Positions 1-12,900 of a stretch of DNA of 64,000 nucleotides are shown here, in pieces (within the stretch, counting starts at the first letter, position 1; every line of letters begins with the position of its first letter). Source of the stretch: Salpingoeca rosetta (taxonomy: Eukaryota; Protista; Choanoflagellata); contig JAWQFM010000010.1 in assembly GCA_033442325.1 (NCBI GenBank), positions 817,727-881,726 on the forward strand, given 5' to 3'. The notes beneath the pieces are model-generated. The model had not been told where the DNA came from. It saw nothing but the letters and a program-made list of their open reading frames with translations, and searched no databases. The translations under genes and the position numbers were made by a program.

Positions 1-941
1 TCGCCTTGAGCGCATCAAGGTCGGCAGCACCAAGCACAATGTCCACAGCTGTCAGGCTCTGTCGCGTCACATCACCAGCAACGAGCTGGCGCGTGTGCTG
101 CACTGCACCGCCATTGACACCATCAGCGTCCTGCACGACAACGCGGGTCACATTCAAAGCAGCCGCCTGCACTGTTTCGTCAAATGTCAGCTGCAGCAGC
201 CCGCCGTTGACGCCGTGGTTCAGGCTCAGGCTGAAGCTCACCAGCGCCGGGGCACGCGTGTCGCTGACATACGTGTGTGCCTGCACGCTGTGGCTGTCCA
301 CAACGGCGTTGTCGCTGGTATCGGTGAGGGCGCCGGCCTCCACCAGCAGCCAGCTTGTGTCGCCGCTCAAGAGCAGCGGCGCCGCATCCTTGATGCTGTT
401 CATGTCGGAGACGTCGAGGTGGATCACCGCCACCCGCGATGCACTCACGCCCTCAAAGTTGCCCAGTGCAGCCACGTCCGGCACAAGCTCCACGCGGCAG
501 GCGCTGCTCAGCCTGTGCGATGCAAAGGCGGTGCTTGCAGCCTGCGTGCCGTTTGATTGCACAACGAGACGGGTCACGTTGATGCTAGCGGTGAGGACGG
601 GCTCGTCAAACGTCAGCGTGAGCTGCCCTTGCTGCATGTCGACCGCCAGGCCCACCAGCGCCGGCGCCACCGTGTCCCCAGCAAATGTGGAGGCGCGCAG
701 GGCGCTTCCGTCCACAACGGGCTGCACGGGGTTGCCCTCCAGGTCAGCAAAGGCTGTGCTGGAGACGGTGAGGTAAGTGGTGTTGCGCGAGGTGGCCAGC
801 TCGGGCCGCAGCTTGAGCGCTGCGAGATCGTCTGCGCCGAGCGACACGACAAGGCGGGTCAGGTTCACCACGCCTGCCGTGCTGCCAACAACAGATGCCG
901 TCGGCGCGCGAAGTGCCACCGACCGGCTCGTGTCCAGGCGC
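1..941. repeat. Intragenic duplication B' (copy of 14341-15281, offset 14340 bp, in frame; probably continues past the left edge)
   Basis: Direct comparison: identical except 6 substitutions seen at 128, 131, 170, 173, 179 and 182, all synonymous third positions in the giant ORF. Identity ends at 941/15281. Confidence 0.95.
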
Positions 942-3900
942 GTACGTGTTGGATGGTGCTGTAAACGAAGCCCTTGCAATGACGCAGGCGCCGCGACTGG
1001 TTCATTCAAATGAAGCGTCAGTTGTTCCTTGACGAAATCCACGTCAAATCCCACAATGCCTGGCCCAGTGGTATCAGGGCCTGCTGCAATTGCAACGGCT
1101 GTGACGTTATCGAATGCATTACCGGCCATATCCAAGTTGTTGGCGGCCAGCGTGATGTTGGGCGTGAGCCCACGCACCAAGATTGCCGCCTGCAACTCTG
1201 CAAATGCCTCAATGTTGAGGTCGCACTCAAAGTGGGTCACGTTGTTCTGGCGCATGCCACTCTGACATGGGTTCTGCGTCGCCTTCCGGCCTCCAAGAGC
1301 GAGCGTGAGTCCCGATGGCAACGTTTGTAGTGGCTCACTAACATGCAACTCAAGCACAGCATCGTTACGTCGCAGGTGGGCAGAGATGAGGCGGGGATTG
1401 GTGGTATCTGGGACAAACAACACTGCCGGCTGCGGCCTCAGTGCGGACACACGCGACACCTGGTTCCCATCCAGTCCCTTTGCAAAATCAGGCGTGAGCG
1501 ATACAAACGAAGAGTCTAAGGAGACGGCGACGCGCTGGGTGACGAGCTTGACAAACTCGAAATGTGTCAACTGCACAACGAGCGACTCATTGGCAGCAGC
1601 CACAACAACGCTGTTTGTCAGCGACACCTCGACGGCGCCGTTAATCAGCGTCAACTGGTCAGGTCGAATCGTGCTGGTATTGAGTGCTTCAGAGAAGCGA
1701 AGGGTGACTTGTTGAGTATTCAGGTCCATCTCAAACTCGACCAAGCTGGGCGAAACCGTGTCGGGCTCAATAATCACTGTGAGCGTTGTCGTTTGGACTG
1801 GATTTGAGCTGACGTCCACCAGTGCGCCTGCAAGAATGCGACACTGAATTGGCCTGAGCTTGGCCTGAAAGACCCACCGTCTCAACAGATTCGCTTCCTG
1901 GAGTGTGAAGGAGTAGACGAACCCGAAGTCAGTCTGCTTGATGGCAGTGATGCTGTGGTTTGCCAACACCAACTCGCCTTGTTGCTCCGCTGCAAGGGAT
2001 ACTGCGGAGATGGCAAGCGCACTCGGAATAGTTAACACAGGCTCAGCCATGACGAGCTCCAGGGAGTCTGTGCTGAGACGGAGATAGATTGCGTCGACCT
2101 CCGGTACGGTCGCGTCTCCCGTGAAATGGCGCACGTCAAGGCTGTACACGGGAACCATGGTATTTGGTGTTAGCTCCTCATCGACAACAGCAGGGGTACG
2201 GCAGCTCAAGGACGAGGCATTCGTGAGACCTATACGACTGAGCTGCATGGCTTGGATGGAGTCTGGGATAATGCTGAGGTTGAATGAGACAGAGCCATCC
2301 GTTGCGATACCGACCTTCACAGGGTGCTGCACGACCAAGCTCACATTGCTGCGAGCCACATAGTCACCAGTGTTGAAAATCACAAACTGCTGTGGTGCAA
2401 GCAGCGAGGATGGTTCGATGGGTGCGGAGAACGTCAGTGCCAACCGCGCGTCGTTGACGCTGAGATCAAAGCTGACCAGCGTGGGAGGCGAGCTCTTGGC
2501 AACGAGAACTTCGGGAAACATGCCCATGGGCACTAAGCTCGGGTTGTCGTAGGCATCTAACACAAACCCTCGCACAAGGTTGATCCAGCACAGATTTTGA
2601 GTTCTGCACAGGCGTGTCTCGTCGAGAAGGCGGCTGAGGGTGCGTGGTCCCAAGGCAAGGACAAGCACGCTGCTGATTGTGGCAGGCGAGGTGGGGTACA
2701 ACTCTAGCCCCCCGAGTTCAACATCTGGTGTGCGATAAAACGAAGCAAAGGTCAGTCGAGAGCTGTTGACAGATGCTGCCTGCACGGGCTCCGAGAACAG
2801 CAATTCAATCACGCCCGACGTGCGGTTTAGCAGTCGAACTTGCAACAACTCAGGTGGTGTGCTGTCAGCGATCACGACCGGGGCCAGCGTGCGCGGAACA
2901 ACAGCATTGCCTGAGGGATCTGAAATCGCCCCAGCAGCGACTGAGACTAGGCAGGCCGATGTGTTTCGGCAAAGCGCCTGTGACTTGATGGGCTCGATAA
3001 GAGAAGCGGAGATGGGCAGAACAATGCTGGTCGCTCTCTCAGTCGTAACATTATTTGGCACCAACTGCTGCATCTCGTGAGCGTCTGCGATTGTAATCTC
3101 TGACACGTTGAGCGTGACAGGATCCACGACTTCACTAAAATCAAGTGTCAGCGTGAAGGCCTCGATGTTGAACTCCGCACCAACAACCCGTGGGCGGCGA
3201 ACATCTGAGCTGACTTGGTCGATGGTTGCATTTGTCACTTGCAGTTCGTTCTGCTCAAAGTCCACAACGTAGGATACCAGGATGATGAAGAAGGTTTGAT
3301 TTGCAGAAGCCTGCAGCTGTGCAGATACGGCGTTGAACTCGGGTGATGTCAGATTGACCGCAACAGCGCGAGGGTTTGAAGCACGAACAAATGGGACGCC
3401 GCTGAGCTGTGTCCGCTGTTGATTCACTTGCACTTCGGCGCTCGAGTCCAATAAGTTCACAAGCACGGGCTCGTCAAACTCCAAGACCACTTGCCTCGCA
3501 CTCAAATCAAGAGAAGCAGTGACCAGTGTCGGGTGTGTCTGATCAAACGCCATGGATGTCGACACAAACACGACGGCGGAAGCGCCGTTGTGATTGAGAT
3601 CCGTCACAAAGTCACTTGCACATGACAGGTATGCGCGGCTGTGCATCCCACGCTGCAACAGCTTCAAGTCGTCAAGAAGCGATGCCGGCAGGGTGCAGGA
3701 CGCTTGGGTACCAGCGGTGTTTGCGAAGGAGCAAGAGATGTCGCCCAGATCCTTGGCTGAAGCTGAGTTTGCGGTGTCAAAGTACACAGCGCATTGGCCT
3801 GGCATCAAAGACGACGTGTCCACGGGTTCTGAGAAGGAGAGGGAGATGAGGCCTGCGCCGTCCATGCTCACGTTGAAGCTGACAAGCTCCGGCCGCACAA

Positions 3901-6900
3901 AGTCGCCGTAGAACGCACCCGCACCGCTATCAGCAGCAACCGCGCGCCCAAGCGGCACCCCAGCTATCCCGTTCCCAAACATGTCCCGCACGCTTCCACC
4001 ATCAACACCCACGCGCGTCGTCGCCGCACTCACACACAGCGCAGCGTCAACCTTCACCGCCTCAAGGTCGCCGTGCCCAAGCTCAACAACAACGCTCGTC
4101 GACGCGTCGCCAGCAACGCCAACAACGCGCGTCCCCGCACGCCCAAGCCGCACAGCGTGCGCACTCGTCCCGTCGCCAGTCAGCACAAGCCCGCTCACAT
4201 TCACGCTGCTCACCCGAACCGTCTCGCTGAAGCCAAGCCAGAGCTCCTCGCTCGTCAGGTTCAGCCGCACCGCCGTCAGCTCCGGGCGCACAACGTCACC
4301 CGCATAGGCGCCCACGCCAAGCCCCGCTCCCACGCCAACAGCGCGCACAGCGTTGCCCACAGCTGCCATGTCAACCACAGCCCCGCGCCCAACAGCAACA
4401 TACGACGTGGCTGCGCTCGACACAAGCGGGTACAGCGCCTTGACCCTGTCCAGCTCCTCGCGCCCAAGCGCAATCACAACCACCGTGCTGTCGCCGGCAC
4501 TGACAACGGTGCTCTCGCCCTCGCGCAGGCGGTACGCAATGGCGTCTGCCGCTGTTCCGTCTGCCTTGCTCTGCAGCACCACGTGGCTCACGTTCACGCT
4601 GCTCACCAGGACCGTCTCGTCGAAGCTCAGGGTGAGGGTGCCTGCGGTCATGTTGAGGGCGGCGCTGCGCACCTGTGGCGCCACGCTGTCTGCAACAAAC
4701 GCATCCACCTGTCGAGCCGTCAGCCCGCTCACAAGCGGCACAACAGGCCTGCCACTTGTGTCGCGAACCAGGCGATCCGACGCAATGACAACGGTTGCAC
4801 CTTGAGTGCGTCCGATTCGAAGGCGTTTGAGCTCGTTCAGCTCATCGTCTGTGGTGAAGAGAGTGACCTCAAATTGGTCCTGTGAGACACTGAAGTTGCT
4901 GTTGACAAGCGAGAGACTCGTTGCTGCAGCAATTGTCGTAGAGAGTGTGAGTTCTGAAGGGTGCACAGAGAGTGGGTCGATGGGCTCAGAAAAGTTCAGC
5001 GTCACTCTTCCGAGACGAGCATCAAACTTGGCGAACGTGAGGCGCGGTCTGTTCACATCGCCCACCACCTCCGCGGCACGCAAGGGCACACGCTGCGTCA
5101 CAATCTCCGCTCGGTTCCCGGCCATGTCATCGATCATCTTTCCTCCATAGTAGCGCAGCTGCACGTTGTCGATGGCCACGCGCCCCGTCTCATTCTTGCT
5201 GAACGTGATACGCATGTTTTCGCCGCTGGCCGCCATTGCTGTGGACACCTCAAACTCCCGGTACACTTGGCTCCAGGAGCCGGTAATGCAGCACGCTTCC
5301 TCCACCGCCCAAGACTGCAGCAAGGTTTTATTGGTCGCAAGGCTGGCATTTAGCCCCGTGAATTCTTCGGCGTCAATGCGGTACCCGCGTGCGGTGTAGA
5401 ACTCAAACGCATACACGCCCGCCTGAACTGTCCAGCTCAGCCCCTGTGTGAGTGAGGCCCCTGGTTCGGCGCCAGAGAGGAAGGCGAAGGCATCACCGAA
5501 AGGTGTCTGTGGAAACGCAGAGGCCTGGCAGCACCCACCTCTGATGCTGTTGCGCATGGTCGTGGGTGCACTGGAGAATGACCAGTGGTTGGCGGGGGCA
5601 AAGTCATCGCCGGGGCTTTCAAAGCCCGCGTTCTGCATAACAACGGGCTCCACGCGCGACGTCAGATAGAGGGTGCCGTTGTCGCGGATCATCCCGGGTC
5701 GGCGCTGCAGCTCAAACGCGTCTGTATCTGTCAGGTTCATGACGAGGTTCCCGGCAGAGTTTGCAACCACGGATCCCCCAGTCAGGGTGTATGACTCGTT
5801 CAGCTGTGGTGGCAGGGACGTGGAGAAGTGAATCGCGCCTGGATTCAAGCTGCTTCCGTTGACAGTCTCTGAGAAGGACAAGAAGAGCTGCTGTGCTGTC
5901 ATGTCAAGGACGAAACTCTGGACCTGTGGTCGTGTTCTGTCGCCAACAAACTCGTCGATGGTCAAGTTGGTGCGACCGTTTGGAGTGTCCACTTGGTCAA
6001 GAACCGCGGCTCCGAGCAAGACCACCTGACAATCACCGTCTCCAACCCTGCACACGCTGGCCTCTTCCTTGAGCAAATTGAGGTCGTTCAGGCCAAGGTT
6101 CACCTGCAAAATGGGGCTGTCGGTTTGGCTGGACGTGGAGTCCAGTGTCAGCGACACCGGGGCCTGTGCCATCGCCTGTTCCGATTGCAACGCAATGCGT
6201 TCAACCTTCAAGGTGTCGGCACGAACAATCTCGTCAAACGTCAGGCGAAGCACTTCGTCGGTCAGATCTAGGGATGCTGACAGCAGCAGTGGGCTTTGTG
6301 TGTCTGGGAAGAGCGTGGACAAGGGCAGCACTGCGGTTGGCACAATGTCGTTGCCGCTGGCATCGGTGATGGACATCTCCAGACAAACAACGGTGACATC
6401 CGTGGCACTGCGGAAGCGCAGGAGCTTCACGTCATCCAGGTCAGGCGTGCTCAGGGAAATGTTGAGTGTGGTTGACAGCACAGTTGTGGTGACTTGGGAA
6501 CGGGAGAGGGACGTGGACATGTTCCATGCCTCCCGCTGCAACAACACACCCGACAGGTTTGTCAGCTGCGGATTGACGACCTCATCAAAGGTGAGCACAA
6601 GGAAGCTGGCGTCCAGGTGAAGCGTGGCGCCGAGCAGGACCGGGGGCTTTGTGTCAACGGTGTACAGGTCGCATACCAGCGGGTCTGCTCGGTCAATGGC
6701 CTGTAGAGCGTTTCCGCTCATATCCAGCACAGCACCAGCGTCAGCAGCCAACACAATGTCGGACACCTGGGGTTCAGGTGGCAGCAGAGCACGAAGGCTG
6801 TTCAGCCAGTCGGCCTCCATCTGCAGCTGAATGAACGTGTTGTTGTCCGAGACCACAAACGCAGGACTGCCGAGATCAAGAAGCTCATCAAAGGTGTTGC

Positions 6901-9900
6901 CGATGTAGATGTGCGTCGGGTCGAGCGAAAGCGCGTGCACCGTCTCGTCAAAGAACAGCGTCACTTGAGCCGACGAAACGTTCAAGGCGAATGAGGTGAG
7001 GCGGGGCCGCACGGCATCCTGCACATATGAGGTGCACGGGAACCCGGCTCGATCGGAAATGCCCACCAACTCGTTGCCAAAGTAGTCTGCCACGCTGGCC
7101 GCGTCCATTGCCAAGAACGTGCTGGGGCGACCAACAGCCAACGTGATACTTTGGGTGACGGCATCCACATCTTCCTGAAGCATGTGCACGCGAAGGACGT
7201 GCATGTCCAAGTTCACGACTGACCCGCCACGCAGGCGACGTGTGGCACGGCAGTCAACGCCACCAGCTCCACAATCCGGTGCGTCAAGGAGGCGGATGCC
7301 AGACACATTCAGGGCGGCGCTGGCAATCGCTTCCGTAAACGTGAGGGTGAGTGTGTTGTTGTCCAGGTTCAGCACAAAGTCCTGTATCTCAGGGGGCACC
7401 GTGTCCGCGGTAACAGTCGCAAACTGGATGGCCGTCGCAGGTGCCGGGTTGGCAAACACATCGTGAACGAATGCGCCTGCAGCGACAATGGCGACAGGGC
7501 CCGGGAATCCGCCACGTTCAGCGTGTTTCTTGAGGCGGTTGGCATCCCTCCAGAGCAAATCAACGTAGACCACAGTGTGGTTGTCAGAGGATACCTCCCC
7601 GCCGTTGATGAGCGTGGCTGGTGACACGCGCGTCCCGTTGAAGTCTTCGGCAGCGGGGCCCACGATGGCACCGTACTGGTTCACACCAGCGTTGTTCACC
7701 GTGTTGAACCACCACCACCACGACTCGTTGTGTGGCGGCTGTGGCCCGAAAACAAGCAGTTGCAGGTCTGTGACAATAAGGCTTCCTGCGTCAACGGTTT
7801 CGTCAAACTGCAGTTGCAGCACGCTTGTGTTCACGTTCAAGTTGGCTTCAACCACCAAGGGCACACGAGAGTCCCTGACGTACACGTTCACTGGCATCGC
7901 GTTGGCCGGCGAACGCGGGGTGACTTTGTTGATGCGACGCAGGGGATCCTGTACCGGCACAAACTCCTCATCCAACAGCGTCATGTCGGAGACGAGGTTC
8001 TCCGGGAAACTCAGATACACGTACTTGCGCGCCTTTGCCAGGAACGCCAAGGCCTTGATGGCATTCAGATCCTCAACACCAAGCGCCACGCCAATAACGG
8101 TGTCGTCCAGCTGCGTTGATGTGGCTGCCCGAAGTGTGTATGCAGCGATGGGCGAGGCTGAGGCTGCCGTCTGCAACGTGAGCAGGGACGTGTTCATGGT
8201 GTCCGCACGCATGGTCTCAGAAAAGGTCAGGGACAGATGGCCACTCGTCATGTTCAGGCTGTACGCAACCAACTCAGGAGGCGTCGTGTCCTGCGTGAAG
8301 TTTGTGGGAAGCATTCCCTGCTCGAGCGTGACAGGCACGACCGGATTTCCGGCCGTGTCCTGCATCATCTGCGAGGAGATGGTCAGGTAGCAAGTGTCTG
8401 GCGAGACAGCAAGTTGCGTGTCCAGCTTCAGCTTGTTCCAGTCACTCGAGGCGTCCGTCAGATATGTGGGGAAGGTCAATTCAAACACGGTGCTGCGGCG
8501 CTGCGTTTGCGCACCCTGCGTGAACGTGAAGCTGCTGCGACTGCTACCTGCAACGCTGGTGTTGTGCGAGTGCAGGGTCACCGTTCCGGGCACGTATGAC
8601 AGCGCCTCAATCACCTCGGAAAAGGTGAAGCGAAGCAGACCCTGATCCACGTCCAGTTCAAATGACAGCAGGTGTGGCGACGTCATGTCGGGCACATAAT
8701 CACTGACTTGCAGTGCCGAGGTGGAAGGAATGGGTTCAATCTGCAGCCCACGCTCGTCTGTCGATATGCGCAACGTGAACCACAAAAAGGTTGTGTTCAC
8801 GTTCTCCGCCAGCCCGCGCAGCTGCTTCAGCTTGTCCGTGTCAGCCTTTGTCAGCACAAACTCAAAGTCGTACCCGTCAATGCTCTCGGAGTATCCCCCG
8901 GTGAGCTGCCGGTGTGGTACCTCTGTCAGCGCGGCGTCAGCGTTGCTGGTGTTCTGCAGCGTCATCTCAGTGTACTGCAGAGAGGACGCTCGGTGTACGT
9001 CATTGAAAAACAGGTGCATGCTCGCGCGCGTCTCCGTAAAGTTCATGTTGAGGGCGAACGAGTCGACGCCCACAAACAAGCCGTCAAATGCATACGAGGT
9101 CGCCTGAAGTGCAGAGCTGCTCTGGATGGGGGCTGCCAGGTTGCCGCTGACGTCGCGAATGACCTGTGCAGTCACAGACATGAATGTCTTAGCCCTCGAG
9201 AAAGCAATCTCGGGTGCGAGCTTGATCGCCCGCTTGTCCACCAGTGACCACTCGTACAAGATTTGGCGGAGATCAAGGCTCTGCCACAGGACGCTGCCGC
9301 CCGTCTGGGTGTAGGTGTCCGCAGATGCACCGTCTGCGCCAGACTGCCACGTAATCTGTGTCAGATCCAGCGTGGTCACATTCACCGCCTCGTTAAAGGT
9401 GAGGTGCACGCGCCCCGTTTGCATGTCCACGGCAAAAGAAAGAAGCTCGGGCGCGATGGCGTCGCGCACATACTTGCTGACCTGCACTGTCTGAGCTGGC
9501 AGCTCGTTGCCGTACATGTCCGAGATGGGCGACGCTGCAAACTCAACGAAGCAGTCGTTGATGCTCGTACACAACCGCGTGTTGTTCTGGAGCAAGCGCA
9601 CGTTGGCGGCGTTGAACCGCAGTGCCACCTGTGCCTCATTCTCTGTGGTGAGCACAGTCCCGCCAGTCACCTTCACGCTCTGCTCTGGATTGGCTGCGCT
9701 GGAGTGGAAGGTGAGGGTCCTTGGGTTCAGCGTGGAAAACCGAACCACCTCGTCGAAGAACACGGTGATGGAGGTGGCGTTCATGTCAACCGTAATGTCC
9801 CAAACATACGGGTGCTGCACGTCGGCGAAGAGCTGCAGCGCCTGGTCCGCGTCATCAAACACGTCCTGCAGAGCTGGGTCCACCCGGTTGCCAAACACGT

Positions 9901-12900
9901 CTTCAATCAACAGGGGTGAAAAGCGCACCCAGCACTGGGAAATCAGCTCACACAGCGTCTCCTCCTGCTTGACGTGGTTCACGTCCGGCACAGAGGGCGT
10001 GATCTGCACCCACGTCTGGTCGGCAGACACGTGGCGGATCGAGGCCGCAGCCGTCCCAACCTTCACCAGCGGCACAGACAAGAAGTCACTGGACCTGTCG
10101 CGGAAGTTGTCGTGAAGCTCCAGCGCTGTGGCGTTGAATGTCGACAGCACCACTGGCTCGTCAAAATGAAGCTCCAGCGTGCCAGAGCTCATGTTGTAGG
10201 AGAAGAAGCGGAGAAGCTGAGGCGCCGTGGTGTCGGGGATGTACACAAATGGCTGTAGCAGCACGCTCGCGCCATCTTGAAACTGAAATGATGCCATGTC
10301 CCTCACGAGCCCGTTGCCAAACCTCAAGTAGCAGTCTGTGGACCCAACGAGGCAGATGGAGAGACGCTTCACCGCATTCAGGTCCACGATGGTCAAGGCA
10401 ACAGACAGCGTTGTACCGTATCCAAAACTCGTGGTGCCGCCGCTGAGCTCTTCCTGTCCAAGGTAGACAGGCACAGTGCTAGAACCGCCGGTGCCAACAA
10501 GGGAAAAGACGGTGGCATTCGCCGAAGTCGCCATGTCCTGGAGCATGATGTGATCAACCAGCAGGGTGCTCCGGTTCACAGGCTCATCAAACGTCAGGTG
10601 CAGTCTGCCAAGATTCATGTCCACGCTTGCTTGCAGCACGGTGGGCGGAACAGCATCCGCCACGTACGTAGCCACTTGCTGTGCAGCCGCAGGCGTAATT
10701 GCTTGCAAACCAAACCCCCGCATGTCTTTCATTAAGGTGGAATCAACACTGAGGTATGTGGAGCTGGCATCAGTGGCAAGGGCGGCAAGTTCCTTGATGC
10801 TGTTGATGTCGTGCACGGACATGTTCACCCGCACAATCGTGGAATTGAACGTGGAGCCAACCGTAAATGTGTCGCGGAGAAGGCTGTCTGGGCCGCCCCA
10901 GGAGAGCCGATAGGACACAGCACCAGCAGCGGTACCATCACGCATGTTTTGCAGCGTCGCCCCTTCAATATCCAAGGTGGCTGCATGAACAACTTCCGAG
11001 AACGTGAAGGAGATAACACCACTCTGGTCCTCCAGACTGATGTCCAAGTCGAAGCTGACAAGTTCCGGCACAGTCGCATCATCAACGAAACTGGCCACTG
11101 CTGCAGCTGCTGCCGACGATACAGGAACGATGGAATTGGAGTTCATGTCGGCGACAAGACTTGCTGAAAAGGAAAGGAAGGTGGTCGACGATGACACGAC
11201 AAGACCAGGCGTGGCAAGAAACTTCAACTGATCCAGGTCTTCGACGGAAGGGACAATGTGCAGCACAGGGGTCGCGACAGTGGTTGTGCTGAATGGTAGA
11301 ATGCTCCCCGTCTGAAGCGTATGTGAAAGAGCGCTAGAGCTGGCAGAAGACTGCAGCACAAGCTGAGACACATGGAAGGTCGATGCATTCACGGGCTCTG
11401 AGAAGGAGAGGGAGATGAGGCCTGCGCCGTCCATGCTCACGTTGAAGCTGACAAGCTCCGGCCGCACAAAGTCGCCGTAGAACGCACCCGCACCGCTATC
11501 AGCAGCAACCGCGCGCCCAAGCGGCACCCCAGCTATCCCGTTCCCAAACATGTCCCGCACGCTTCCACCATCAACACCCACGCGCGTCGTCGCCGCACTC
11601 ACACACAGCGCAGCGTCAACCTTCACCGCCTCAAGGTCGCCGTGCCCAAGCTCAACAACAACGCTCGTCGACGCGTCGCCAGCAACGCCAACAACGCGCG
11701 TCCCCGCACGCCCAAGCCGCACAGCGTGCGCACTCGTCCCGTCGCCAGTCAGCACAAGCCCGCTCACATTCACGCTGCTCACCCGAACCGTCTCGCTGAA
11801 GCCAAGCCAGAGCTCCTCGCTCGTCAGGTTCAGCCGCACCGCCGTCAGCTCCGGGCGCACAACGTCACCCGCATAGGCGCCCACGCCAAGCCCCGCTCCC
11901 ACGCCAACAGCGCGCACAGCGTTGCCCACAGCTGCCATGTCAACCACAGCCCCGCGCCCAACAGCAACATACGACGTGGCTGCGCTCGACACAAGCGGGT
12001 ACAGCGCCTTGACCCTGTCCAGCTCCTCGCGCCCAAGCGCAATCACAACCACCGTGCTGTCGCCGGCACTGACAACGGTGCTCTCGCCCTCGCGCAGGCG
12101 GTACGCAATGGCGTCTGCCGCTGTTCCGTCTGCCTTGCTCTGCAGCACCACGTGGCTCACGTTCACGCTGCTAACCAGGACCGTCTCGTCGAAGCTCAGG
12201 GTGAGGGTGCCTGCGGTCATGTTGAGGGCGGCGCTGCGCACCTGTGGCGCCACGCTGTCTGCAACAAACGCATCCACCTGTCGAGCCGTCAGCCCGCTCA
12301 CAAGCGGCACAACGGCCTGCTCATTCATGTCCCATGCCGCCGCTGCGCTCAGCACCACAAACGTTGTGCTGGCACTGCGCCCAACACCAACCCGCTTCAG
12401 CTCGTTTGCGTCGGCCTCCGCAACCTGCACCACCATCTCCGTGCCCGGATCGGCTGTCACAAGCTGCGACCCGCGCAGCGCAACAGAGGCCCCGTTTCCG
12501 TCAAACGCGCTCTGCAGGAAAATTGCGCTCACGTTCACGCTTTCCGGCGCAATGGGCTCGCTAAACACAAGCGCAAGCTCGAGCGACGACATGTTCACAC
12601 GCGCCTGCACGACCCGCGGCGCCGTTACATCGTCAACAAACTGCTCCGCCCGCAGCACGCCAGACACGGCGTTGTCGTTGCCAGCAGCATCTTGCACTGC
12701 TCCAGCCACAAGCTGCACGAAAGTGGTGTTGACGGCTGTGGCGAGCACTCGATCAGCCTTGATGGCGTGCGCCAGGCTCACCTCAAGCCCAACAACCACC
12801 CGCTTGCTCGTGCCGTTGCTCACGACGGTCGTCTCGGCAAGCAGCTTCTCGCTCACGCCAGCGCCGCCAAGCACGCCCGCGCTTGCAAGTACGCCGCGAC

